NCBI GenBank assembly: GCA_025357945.1
Contig: JANYLJ010000019.1
Span: 8,668 to 72,667, forward strand
DNA: 64,000 nt
DNA from: Gemmatimonadota bacterium
GTDB lineage: Bacteria; Gemmatimonadota; Gemmatimonadetes; Gemmatimonadales; GWC2-71-9
Reading direction: 5' to 3'
Position 1 is the first letter of the stretch. Each line of letters opens with the position of its first letter. Shown in pieces: positions 49,878-58,937 of this stretch. Below the pieces are notes generated by a model that had not been told where the DNA came from, searched no databases, and saw nothing but the letters and a program-made list of their open reading frames with translations. The translations under genes were made by a program, and so were the position numbers.

Positions 49878-49958
49878 TGCAATTCCGGATCTGTTGGTGG
49901 GAAGGACTGCCGAACGAAAGCTATGCGGCTCGCGGGACGCGGTGAAGTAGCGGCGTCT

Positions 49959-50579
49959 TCAACCGACCTCAAACCGGCATGTTGGCGTGCCATCGTGGTC
50001 GCATCGGGTCGCCACCGGAACGCCAGTCGCGTGCGCGAGTAGCGAGCGAACCAGTTCACAGCTCTCCGGGCAAATGCGCACCGTCGCCGCCAGCGGACAC
50101 GCGACGCCTTGCACGACGGCGCGGCCATGACCGGAGTGGACGGTCGCCGCCCCGCCGAGCGACTCGAGTAGCGATTTCGCGACGGCGGCCGCGTCGCCGC
50201 GCGCCGATCGGTCAACCTGCGCCGCCAGCCGCGCCCCCGCCGCACCAAAGAACAAGCGCAGCTCGTCAGGCGATAACCGGTCCGCGAGCGTCTCGGCGAC
50301 GGCGGTCAGCGCCGGCATGTACGCCCGTGAAAACTGCGTCTGGGCGTATTCGGTGACCGCATAAAGCGCTGGCGGTTTCCCGGCCGCTTCGCGGTGACGA
50401 ACGCCCTGGCGGCGAACCAGACCGTCACGGCCCAACGCGGCAAGCTGGGACCGGATGGCATTGGGCGTCAGACCTGCTACCACGGCCAGTTCGGCCACCG
50501 TCCGCGGCGCTAACCGGAGCAACGCTACCAGGAGGGCGTGGGTCGGCTGGTCAGCCTGAGGCCGGTCAGCGGAATTCAT
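49959..50579 (-). CDS. Winged-HTH transcriptional regulator (SufR/ArsR-like) with C-terminal Cys ligands
   Basis: TVAELA...GLT.NAIR.QL..L..DGLV, GKP..LY; CPL..CPESC..C. Confidence 0.85.
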   Translation of the reverse strand: MNSADRPQADQPTHALLVALLRLAPRTVAELAVVAGLTPNAIRSQLAALGRDGLVRRQGVRHREAAGKPPALYAVTEYAQTQFSRAYMPALTAVAETLADRLSPDELRLFFGAAGARLAAQVDRSARGDAAAVAKSLLESLGGAATVHSGHGRAVVQGVACPLAATVRICPESCELVRSLLAHATGVPVATRCDHDGTPTCRFEVG

Positions 50580-50612
50580 GGCAGTCAATCAACACGGGTA
50601 GCGGCATTCTGA

Positions 50613-50665
50613 CAATATAACAAATAACCACTTGACATATTGCGGTTTATCGCGATGTTACTGGC
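50613..50665. promoter_or_regulatory. AT-rich divergent promoter/operator
   Basis: TTGACA at 50632-50637; inverted repeat CAATAT-N18-ATATTG (50613-50642). Confidence 0.55.
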
Positions 50666-50737
50666 GCCGGGTCAGTTCACGCCCGCTCAAACGGCGGATC
50701 CCGGCGTCAGCCACGGAATTCTCACCTCGGAGAAAAA

Positions 50738-51292
50738 ATGCAGTTCACCATCCTCGCAACGCTCGCCGTCCTGATCGCCCCACTGCCGGGCACGTCGGCC
50801 CCGCCAATCGCCGCTCCGCGCGACGCCGTCGTGGTTCGTATCGCGCTCGACGATCCGACCATTGTGGCGATCTACGATGCGGCGAATACCTATGACATCG
50901 CGACCGGCGCGCTCGGTGCCAAAAGGGCAACCACGGCGGCGATCCGCGACTACGCCACCATGCTGGTGACAGTCCACACCAGTGCCCGCCAGCAGGGACG
51001 GGATCTCGCCAAGAAGCTCGGCGTAACGCCGACGCCCCCGAAGGTGAACCCGCTCGCCGCAGACCACTTCGCCGCCATGAAGACGCTGAATGGCCTCTCC
51101 GGGAAGGCATTTGATAAGGCGTTCCTGGAAAACGAAGTTGCGTATCACAAGGCGGTCATCGCTGCGATTCAGACGACACTCGCGCCGGCAATCCAGAACG
51201 CCGAACTCAAGGCACTGGTGGCGACGGTTTCCCCCGTTTTCGTCCAGCACCAGCTGGCGGCCGAGCAGTTACTGGCCAAGATGACGATGTAA
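50738..51292 (+). CDS. DUF4142 secreted ferritin-like protein
   Basis: Signal peptide; AN..DI..G.L, VR.YA.ML...H, L..LSGKAFDKAF..NEV.YH. Confidence 0.88.
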   Translation: MQFTILATLAVLIAPLPGTSAPPIAAPRDAVVVRIALDDPTIVAIYDAANTYDIATGALGAKRATTAAIRDYATMLVTVHTSARQQGRDLAKKLGVTPTPPKVNPLAADHFAAMKTLNGLSGKAFDKAFLENEVAYHKAVIAAIQTTLAPAIQNAELKALVATVSPVFVQHQLAAEQLLAKMTM

Positions 51293-51414
51293 TATCGGGC
51301 CGGCTTCCGAGGGTGTAGCCACGCTATTGCGAAGTGACCCGCGTGTAAGTTAGGGCGGCAGGGCCGTCTCCCTCCCTGGCACAACGGTCACTTCTACTCG
51401 GGCGGGGCGGATTC

Positions 51415-52509
51415 ATGGGACCTTTCAAGCGTTTGATCGACATCCTCACCCTCGGATCCGATCGACCGATCCGGCGGCTGTTCGCCTACTACGTGATCGT
51501 CGCCGCCGTGGTCGTTGTCATCTTCCAAGTTGTCCCCACGGCCGGCACCCTGATCAAGGGCGACCATGTCAGGACGCTGACCACGAACTCACAGCTGCTG
51601 CAAGACGGACTGTCGGCGACCAAGGACAAGGACAAGGCGACCGAAGCTCCCCGTGAAACGGGCATCGACCTCGCGCTGACGACCGTCATCGTGATGCTCA
51701 GTACGCTGGCGTTGATGCTTCCTGTGAGCTGGGTGTTCATGTCGGCACGACGCGCCCACGACTTCAATCAGGGCGTGGTACAAACGCTGATCATCCTTCC
51801 CATCGTCGTCGCCGGCATCGTCCTGGTGGTGCGCACCAGCCTGGCGCTGGCGTTCAGCCTGGGCGGCATCGTCGCCGGCCTCCGCTTCCGGACGACCCTG
51901 CGGGACGTCCGCGACACCGTGTACATCTTTCTTGGCATCGGCGTTGGTCTTGCGGCAGGAGTACAGTCGCTCATTGTGGCCGCTGTGCTCTCGGTGACAT
52001 TCAACTTCGTCGTGCTCCTGATCTGGCGGTACGACTTCGGCCGCAACGTGCTCGAGCCGACGGCGGCGTCGCAATGGGCTGAACCCCTGGGCGACCTGGC
52101 GGAGCGGAACACCGATGACAGCGTACCGGATCGCGATCTGGTACTCGCCCTCTCTCCCAAGAAGGCCGCGGTGCTCGCGAAGCGATTCAACCGCGTTCGC
52201 AAGATGCTCGGCCCAACCAAGAAGAAGCCCCGCTTCAATGCGATCCTTACGGTCAGCACCGAATCGCTCAGTGAGGCCCAGACTCGCGTCGAAACGGTGT
52301 TGAACGCGCTCGCGCGTCGTTGGCGCCTGGATCAGGTGACCACGACCGAGGGCAAGCCGGCGGAACTCTATTATCTGGTGGGCATCCGCAAGAACGTCAC
52401 CCGGGATCGCTTCCTGACGGCGATACGTGAGAGCGCTGGCGACAAGATCCTCACCGCGACCATGGAAATCGGCGATGCCGTGGCCCAGGAGAAGCAGGAA
52501 GCAAAGTGA
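51415..52509 (+). CDS. DUF4956 family inner-membrane protein
   Basis: SLALAFSLGGIVAGLRFRTTLRD..D.VYIF..IGVGLAAG; C-terminal ACT-like domain. Confidence 0.85.
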   Translation: MGPFKRLIDILTLGSDRPIRRLFAYYVIVAAVVVVIFQVVPTAGTLIKGDHVRTLTTNSQLLQDGLSATKDKDKATEAPRETGIDLALTTVIVMLSTLALMLPVSWVFMSARRAHDFNQGVVQTLIILPIVVAGIVLVVRTSLALAFSLGGIVAGLRFRTTLRDVRDTVYIFLGIGVGLAAGVQSLIVAAVLSVTFNFVVLLIWRYDFGRNVLEPTAASQWAEPLGDLAERNTDDSVPDRDLVLALSPKKAAVLAKRFNRVRKMLGPTKKKPRFNAILTVSTESLSEAQTRVETVLNALARRWRLDQVTTTEGKPAELYYLVGIRKNVTRDRFLTAIRESAGDKILTATMEIGDAVAQEKQEAK

Positions 52510-53420
52510 CGCGCCGTCCGATCCTGGTCGCACTGCTGGCCGCACTCGGAGCCGGCACGGGATGCGCGAAACCCGCGACACGCGACACCCTCGCCAGCGA
52601 CAGCCTGTTACTCAACCAACGCCAGGCCAGACTCGACCGCGCCCTCGCCAACCCGGACAGCGTCGCGGCAGGCACGCCGATCGCACTCTGGCAGCTTCCC
52701 GACCAGCTCAAGGAGATCTCCGGCCTCGCGCTCACCGCGAATGGCCGGCTACTGACACACGGAGACGAGCGGGGCAAGGTGTTTGAGGTCGACTACCGAC
52801 AGGGCATCGTGGTCAAGGAGTTCACTGTTGGATCTCCCGCGGTGCGCGGTGATTTCGAGTCGATCGCGATCGTCGGAGACACGGTGATGCTGCTCACCAG
52901 CGACGGCGTGCTCTACCGCTTCGCGGAAGGATCCAATGGCGCCGTCGTGGAATACACCGTTCGCGACACCGGGCTTGGCGTCGAATGCGAGTTCGAGGGC
53001 ATGGCATTTGACGCGTCATCCCGGTCGCTCCTGCTCGCATGCAAGAGGACGCACGACAAGGCGCTGAAGGATTCCCTGGTCATCTTCCGCCTGCCCGTCG
53101 AGCCCGGCAAGGACGGCAAGGTCCAGAAGCCGTCGCACTTGTCGGTTCCGCTGACCAGGGTCATCGGCGCGAACGGATGGGGCGGCTTTCATCCGTCCGA
53201 CATCACGGTCAACCCATTCAACGGCGACTACGTGCTGGTGGCCTCGCGCGAGAAGGCGCTACTCGAGATCACCCCGACCGGAGAGGTGGTCTTCGCCCGT
53301 CCACTTCCCGCAGGCCACGACCAAGCGGAGGGCGTCGCGATCACCAAGGACCATATCCTCATTGTCAGCGATGAGGCCAAGGGCGGCCCGGCCCTGCTCA
53401 CGCTGTATCGGTGGCCCTGA
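52506..53420 (+). CDS. SdiA-regulated/YjiK-like beta-propeller lipoprotein
   Basis: Lipobox-like GTGC; EISGL, HGDE.G, DFESI, FEGMAFD, PSDI, QAEGVA, SDE. Confidence 0.85.
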   Translation: MTRRPILVALLAALGAGTGCAKPATRDTLASDSLLLNQRQARLDRALANPDSVAAGTPIALWQLPDQLKEISGLALTANGRLLTHGDERGKVFEVDYRQGIVVKEFTVGSPAVRGDFESIAIVGDTVMLLTSDGVLYRFAEGSNGAVVEYTVRDTGLGVECEFEGMAFDASSRSLLLACKRTHDKALKDSLVIFRLPVEPGKDGKVQKPSHLSVPLTRVIGANGWGGFHPSDITVNPFNGDYVLVASREKALLEITPTGEVVFARPLPAGHDQAEGVAITKDHILIVSDEAKGGPALLTLYRWP

Positions 53421-56044
53421 TGACAATCGTATCCGGCAGTGCCAGGGCGGCGTCCACAACGCGACGCGTTGCTGCCGCGTTGCTGACGTTGGCGCCGGCC
53501 GCCGCACCGGCCCAGAAGCCGGCGCGCGATCTGCTCAGTACCGACAGCGTCACCGTCTCGGCCGGTGCGGAGTACAAGGCAGGTGGGATGCATCGATTCC
53601 TCCTGGGCGGTACTTACCGCGACCTCTGGCTCATGCCGATCCGGGCACCGGTGTTGAACCTGCGCACATTCGACGGCGGGTTGAAGCCCGAGAAGGCCGG
53701 CGGCGGCTTCGAGACAAAATCCCTGCGATTGATCGCGCCGGACGGAGTGGAGTACACCTTTCGCTCGGTGGACAAGACCCACGGCCCGATCCCGGCGGGA
53801 CTGGCCGACGTGGCAATGGCGAACAGCATCGCGAGCGATCAGACCAGCAGCAGCCACCCGGCGGCGAACGTGATCGTCGCGGCATTACTCGAGGCCGCCG
53901 GCGTGCTGCACGAATCGCCCGTGCTGGTCGTGATGCCGGACGACACCTTGCTGGGAAAGTATCGCAAGGGGTTCGCGCACCGGCTTGGTTTACTCCAGCT
54001 TTATCCCAGGAAAACCAAAGGTGACACGCCCGGCTTCGCCGACGCGATCGATATCATCGATAGCGACACGTTGCTGCATTTGCTCGATCGCGATCCGGCG
54101 GAACGGGTCGATGCGCCTGCGTTCCTCGCGGCGCGCCTCATCGACATGCTCGTCAACAACTGGGATCGCCATCCGGGACAATGGAAGTGGGCACGGCTGC
54201 AGCCCGCGCCGATGGGGGCTTGGGAGCCGATCTCGCGGGACTACGACAAGGCGTTCATTTCGGTGTCAGGGTTCCTCCCGGGTGTGGCCCGGCACGCGTT
54301 CGCGAACCTCATCACGTTCGACAGCACGTACCCGAGCGTGCATGCACTGACGTGGAACAGCGTTTCGCTGGATCGGCGCCTCCTCGGCGGTCTTGCGAAA
54401 CCGGTGTGGGACTCGGTCGCGCGCGCCGTGGCGCAACGGATCACCGACTCGGTGATCGACGCGGCGCTCCGGGCAATGCCGGTGGAATATCGACCGTCGG
54501 CACCGGCGCTGACCGCGAAGCTCCGGGTGCGGCGTGATTCGTTGCCGGCGATCGCCGACCGAGTCTACCGCTACCTGACAGGCGTTGTTGACATTCACGC
54601 AACCGACGCTGCCGATCACGCCACGATCACCCGGGTGGATGACCGATATGTCGAGGTTCGCCTCGAAGCCCGCGACAGCATGCCGTATTTCCTCCGCCGG
54701 TTTGACGCCAACGAAACCAGCGAAATTCGCGTCTACCTCCACGGCGGCGACGACCAGGCACGCGTGATCGGTGACGTGCCCAGCAGTATTCCGCTGTGGA
54801 TCGTTGGCGGCAACGGTACCAATCGCCTGGCCGATTCTTCCAGCGTCGGCGGCCGGCACAACACGACCCGTTTCTACGATGTCGGCACCGTGAGCGGCGT
54901 TACTTACCCGCCTGACACGCTGTTCAACCGACGACCAATGGTCAACAGATTCGGTCACCTGGTCCCGCCCGGCAAGGACTACGGCGTCGGCACGTCACCG
55001 ATCATCGGCCTCAGCATCACTCACGACATGGGCATCCAGCCACGTCTCGGCATGACGTGGTACCGCTACGGCTTTCGTCATGACCCCTACGCCAGCATGG
55101 TAGCGCTGGAGGGACGCTATTCGTTCAAGATCGGTGGATACCGGCTCGCGCTTACCGCCGACCAACGGCGGGAGAGCTCACCACTTCACTTCACCGAGCT
55201 CGCGCGAATGTCGCAACTTGAGTTGGTCAACTTCCACGGCTTTGGCAATTCGTCGCCGCAGAGCCCCGGGCTGGTTCCTAACGTATCGGCGCCGCGGACC
55301 GACTATTACGCGCTCAATCAGCGGGAGTGGCTATTCCAGCCCGCTCTTGCGCTCGCGTTGGGGCCGACGACCGTCCTGTCGTTCGGGCCAGTGCTTCAGT
55401 ATTCCGTCATCGACAGCACACCGAATCGGTTTGTGTCGGCAACACGTCCGTATGGGTTCGGCCATTTCGGCGAGGCCGGGTTGCGCTTCAACCTGTATCG
55501 CGATGACCGCGCCCCGCCGCGGCATGCCCACCGCCGCACGGTACTGGACCTGAGCGCGAGCTATTTCCCAGCCCTGTGGGATGTCCGGAGCGCATTCGGC
55601 GTGGTCAACGCCACCGGCGCCGTCTACTTCACGATTCCGGTGCCGTTGCATCCGTATCTGGGATTGCGGGGTGGCGCCAAGAAGGTGTTCGGAGACTTTC
55701 CGTTTCAGGAATCGGCGTTCATCGGCGGCCGGACCGACGTTCGGACGCTCGACCTGCAGCGGTACGCTGGCGATGCGTCCCTCTACGCCACGGCCGAGCT
55801 CCGGATTCCCGTGGCGAAGTTCACGGTGCTGCTGCCGTTGAATGTGGGCCTCCTCGCCACTGAGGACTTCGGCCGCGTCTACGTAAAGGGTGACTCACCC
55901 GGCGGATGGCACAACGCATTCGGCACCGGATTCTGGGTCGCGTTTCACGAGCTCTCGCTTGATATCAGGGTAATGCGCGCCAACGAAGTCGGCCGCCCGG
56001 CTGTCATCGCGCTCCGATTCGCAATACCAGGAGTGATTCAATGA
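53420..56044 (+). CDS. Secreted atypical-kinase-like domain fused to an Omp85 (BamA/TamA-like) barrel
   Basis: Signal peptide; GGGFETKS, YTFRSVDK, DML..NWDRH..QW, PI.RDYD; C-terminal IGG..DVR....RYAGD.SLY..AELR and D.GRV strands. Confidence 0.75.
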   Translation: MTIVSGSARAASTTRRVAAALLTLAPAAAPAQKPARDLLSTDSVTVSAGAEYKAGGMHRFLLGGTYRDLWLMPIRAPVLNLRTFDGGLKPEKAGGGFETKSLRLIAPDGVEYTFRSVDKTHGPIPAGLADVAMANSIASDQTSSSHPAANVIVAALLEAAGVLHESPVLVVMPDDTLLGKYRKGFAHRLGLLQLYPRKTKGDTPGFADAIDIIDSDTLLHLLDRDPAERVDAPAFLAARLIDMLVNNWDRHPGQWKWARLQPAPMGAWEPISRDYDKAFISVSGFLPGVARHAFANLITFDSTYPSVHALTWNSVSLDRRLLGGLAKPVWDSVARAVAQRITDSVIDAALRAMPVEYRPSAPALTAKLRVRRDSLPAIADRVYRYLTGVVDIHATDAADHATITRVDDRYVEVRLEARDSMPYFLRRFDANETSEIRVYLHGGDDQARVIGDVPSSIPLWIVGGNGTNRLADSSSVGGRHNTTRFYDVGTVSGVTYPPDTLFNRRPMVNRFGHLVPPGKDYGVGTSPIIGLSITHDMGIQPRLGMTWYRYGFRHDPYASMVALEGRYSFKIGGYRLALTADQRRESSPLHFTELARMSQLELVNFHGFGNSSPQSPGLVPNVSAPRTDYYALNQREWLFQPALALALGPTTVLSFGPVLQYSVIDSTPNRFVSATRPYGFGHFGEAGLRFNLYRDDRAPPRHAHRRTVLDLSASYFPALWDVRSAFGVVNATGAVYFTIPVPLHPYLGLRGGAKKVFGDFPFQESAFIGGRTDVRTLDLQRYAGDASLYATAELRIPVAKFTVLLPLNVGLLATEDFGRVYVKGDSPGGWHNAFGTGFWVAFHELSLDIRVMRANEVGRPAVIALRFAIPGVIQ

Positions 56045-57030
56045 GATTCCGTCCGCTCGCCCTGGCGATGTTCGTGCCCTTGGTGGCATTCTCATGCAAG
56101 ATCCCGGTGCAGATCACACCGGCGCCAGCCGCGGCCTCCGCAGCGGAGGTCGCGGTGACCGGCGCCTCCGTGATGATCGGCGTTGGCGATATCGCCGTGT
56201 GCGGCACTGACGGAGACGAACGGACGGCCAAACTTGTCGACAGCGTGCTTCGCGCCGACAGCGCGGCAAAGGTGAATGACGAGGTCTTTACCCTGGGTGA
56301 CAACGCGTACCCCGACGGTTCGGCGAGCAACTTCGCGCTCTGCTTCGCGCCATCGTGGGGTGACTCCAACAAGCGCATCATGAAGAAGATCCATCCTGCG
56401 CCAGGAAACCACGAACACCAGAGCGTCGGCGCAGCACCGTACTACCAGTACTTCGGAAGCCACGCCGGTTCTTCGAAAAAGGGCTACTACAGCTACGACG
56501 TGGGCGAGTGGCATGTCATCGTGATCAACAGCGAGATCGTCATCAACGGCGCCTTCTCCGACGCCGAGCGGAAGGCGCAGGAGGACTGGCTACGCACCGA
56601 GCTCAAGGGAAGCCAAAAACTCTGTACCCTGGCGTACTGGCACCATCCACGCTTCAGCTCGGGCTGGCACGGTGACGACGTGTCGCTGCACCCCATCTGG
56701 CAGCTCCTCTACGACGGCGGTGTGGACCTGATTCTCAACGGGCACGATCACGAGTATGAACGGTTCCTCCCGCAGAACCCGCTGGGAGTCGCTGATTCGG
56801 CGAAAGGGATGGCTGAATACGTCGTTGGCACCGGTGGCGGCGACCTGCGCGGCTTCAGGACCAATCTCAGCGCGAACAGTGCCGCTCGTGTCCAGGGGTA
56901 TTTCGGTGTCCTCAAGCTGACACTTGGAAAGGCCGAATGGCGCGCGGCATTCCTGGATGTCAGCGGCCGCGTCTGGGATCCAAGCGGTGGCACGTGCCAT
57001 CAGCAGCCCGCAGCGGCCCCGGGCAAGTAG
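56041..57030 (+). CDS. Calcineurin-like metallophosphoesterase lipoprotein (purple acid phosphatase-like)
   Basis: Lipobox VAFSC; GDIA, LGDNAY, GNHE, HHP, GHDHEYER. Confidence 0.93.
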   Translation: MRFRPLALAMFVPLVAFSCKIPVQITPAPAAASAAEVAVTGASVMIGVGDIAVCGTDGDERTAKLVDSVLRADSAAKVNDEVFTLGDNAYPDGSASNFALCFAPSWGDSNKRIMKKIHPAPGNHEHQSVGAAPYYQYFGSHAGSSKKGYYSYDVGEWHVIVINSEIVINGAFSDAERKAQEDWLRTELKGSQKLCTLAYWHHPRFSSGWHGDDVSLHPIWQLLYDGGVDLILNGHDHEYERFLPQNPLGVADSAKGMAEYVVGTGGGDLRGFRTNLSANSAARVQGYFGVLKLTLGKAEWRAAFLDVSGRVWDPSGGTCHQQPAAAPGK

Positions 57031-57101
57031 GCAACATCGGCCGGACGGCCGTTGTCGGCCCCGGGAGCTCTTCAACCGTTTCCCTTGGTGTGAGGTGTCC
57101 C

Positions 57102-57641
57102 ATGCTGGTTGGAATTTTCGCAGCGATCATGGTGATGCAGGCCGGGACCGCCGGGCCGCCGCTGAGCCCCGCTCCCCACGACCCGGTCGTCCAGCGCACC
57201 GACGACGGCATGGTACTCGGCACCATCGGCGCCGTCGACGCAAACGAGCTCGAAGAAGCCAAGCTGGCGGCGACCAAGGCCAGCACGAGCGAGGTCCGCA
57301 ACCTCGCCACCGCGCTGGTGAAGGACCATGGGCGTTCATTGCAAACTGGCGCCCGGCTCGCCAAGCAGTTTCATATCGCGCGGCTTCTGCCCGCCGACTC
57401 GGCAATGGCGAGGGCGCATGTCGTGGAAATGGTGCAACTCAATACGCTGACCGGAGCGGCGTTCGACAAAGCCTTCGTCGAATACACCCTCGCCGATCAC
57501 ACGGCCGTGATCGTCAAGATCAAGGCAACGCTGCTGGCGGCGGCCAAGCGTCCGCAAGTGAAGGCGTTCGTCCGCGCACTGTTACCAGAACTGGCTGCGC
57601 ATCAGCAAAGCGAAGCAAAATGGCTGGCGGCTCACCCGTAG
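57102..57641 (+). CDS. DUF4142 secreted protein (second copy)
   Basis: GAGG RBS; E...AKLA..KA...EVR.LA..LVKDH, L..LTGAAFDKAF....DH. Confidence 0.88.
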   Translation: MLVGIFAAIMVMQAGTAGPPLSPAPHDPVVQRTDDGMVLGTIGAVDANELEEAKLAATKASTSEVRNLATALVKDHGRSLQTGARLAKQFHIARLLPADSAMARAHVVEMVQLNTLTGAAFDKAFVEYTLADHTAVIVKIKATLLAAAKRPQVKAFVRALLPELAAHQQSEAKWLAAHP

Positions 57642-57648
57642 CCGCGGA

Positions 57649-58488
57649 CTAGAACTGGAGCGCTTTCAGGTATTCGTAACTCGCCTTGGCGCTGGCCATC
57701 GGATCGGCTGGCTGGTCATGCTCCACGAAGTAGTGTTTGATCCCGGCCTCCTTCCGGTGCGCGAAGAGCTCGGCCCACTTGATGGTTCCCTTGCCAACAT
57801 CCTCCATCACGTACGTCGGCGCTGGGCCCGCGTCCTTGACATGCACGATCGGAAACCGACCCGGCCAACGCTTCCAGTACGCCAGCGGATCGCCGCCGCC
57901 CTTGGTGATCCAGTAGAGATCCATTTCAAAGTCGAGCTCGCTCGGCTTCGTCAGCTCAAGCAGGTGGTCATAGATCCGCTTGCCGCCAACCTCGCGGAAT
58001 TCGGCGTCATGATTGTGGTAGCCGATTCTGATCTTGTAAAACTTCGCGTCCTCGGCCGCCTTGTGGATCAGGCCGGTGGTCCGCTTGATCGCATCGAAGG
58101 AGTTGATGTCCGAGTCAGCGGCCGAGGCGATCACGAGCCACTTGTGCTCGATCTCCGCGGCGTCGCTGAGGGTACGGTTCCACGGGCCGCGTAACGCGTC
58201 GAGCGAGATGTGCGCGGCTGGCGCACTGAGACCGTTGTCGTCAAGCAGCTGCTTGATCGCCCGGGGCGGACGCCCGAAGTAGTTGTTGGCAAACTCGACT
58301 TCCTTGTATCCGACCTGGGCCACCTGCGACAACGTGCGCTCGACGCTCCCCTTCATCTGGTCGCGCACGGTGTAGAGCTGCAACCCGATCTTGTCGAGGT
58401 GGTCCCAGGCAAACGACGAATTCGGCAGCGGCAGCGTCGCGGCCGCCGCGGCACCACCGGCAGTCTTGACGAATGTGCGACGGTCCAT
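57649..58488 (-). CDS. Tat-exported sugar phosphate isomerase/epimerase (xylose-isomerase-like TIM barrel)
   Basis: DRRTFVK; GLQLYTVR, YHNH..EF, EMDLYW, HVKD, VEHD. Confidence 0.92.
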   Translation of the reverse strand: MDRRTFVKTAGGAAAAATLPLPNSSFAWDHLDKIGLQLYTVRDQMKGSVERTLSQVAQVGYKEVEFANNYFGRPPRAIKQLLDDNGLSAPAAHISLDALRGPWNRTLSDAAEIEHKWLVIASAADSDINSFDAIKRTTGLIHKAAEDAKFYKIRIGYHNHDAEFREVGGKRIYDHLLELTKPSELDFEMDLYWITKGGGDPLAYWKRWPGRFPIVHVKDAGPAPTYVMEDVGKGTIKWAELFAHRKEAGIKHYFVEHDQPADPMASAKASYEYLKALQF

Positions 58489-58558
58489 CGGGGACCTCCA
58501 GAATGGTCTGGGCGAAAGATAGCGTCCGGGCGGATGCGGCGTCCCAACCGCGCGAACG

Positions 58559-58924
58559 CTACCCCTCGCCGGTGCCGCCATCCTCCAGATGCACCCGGTG
58601 CAGCAGCCGGTGCAAGACCGGGGTGAGCAACACTGCGGACGCGGCGATCAACACCAGGCCAGCGTACAGGGCATAGATCCCGGCAAACAGCTTGCCCGAC
58701 GCCGTTGGAATGTCGCCAACCGGACCCATCCCGCCCAGCAGCATTGCCGCGTTGAGGAAGGAGTCGATCCAGCTGAAACGCGCCAACACGTGGTAGCCGA
58801 CCATCCCCAGCAGTAGCGAGGCCAGGACGATCGCGAGGGCGATCAGGAAGTGCCACCACACGCGTTGGAGGAATTTCCGTCGGGATAGCAGTGGCTGACT
58901 GCGATGTTCGTAGCGGTGTGCCAC
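58559..58924 (-). CDS. Small 2-TM protein with potassium-channel-like pore architecture
   Basis: GM.GYH....SWIDSFLNAAMLLGGMGP......GKLFA..Y. Confidence 0.75.
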   Translation of the reverse strand: MAHRYEHRSQPLLSRRKFLQRVWWHFLIALAIVLASLLLGMVGYHVLARFSWIDSFLNAAMLLGGMGPVGDIPTASGKLFAGIYALYAGLVLIAASAVLLTPVLHRLLHRVHLEDGGTGEG

Positions 58925-58937
58925 GCAGTGGTCCTTT

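Noticed and set aside
51377-51393. TGGCAC as a sigma54 promoter for the DUF4956 operon
   Set aside because: No GC at the -12 position.
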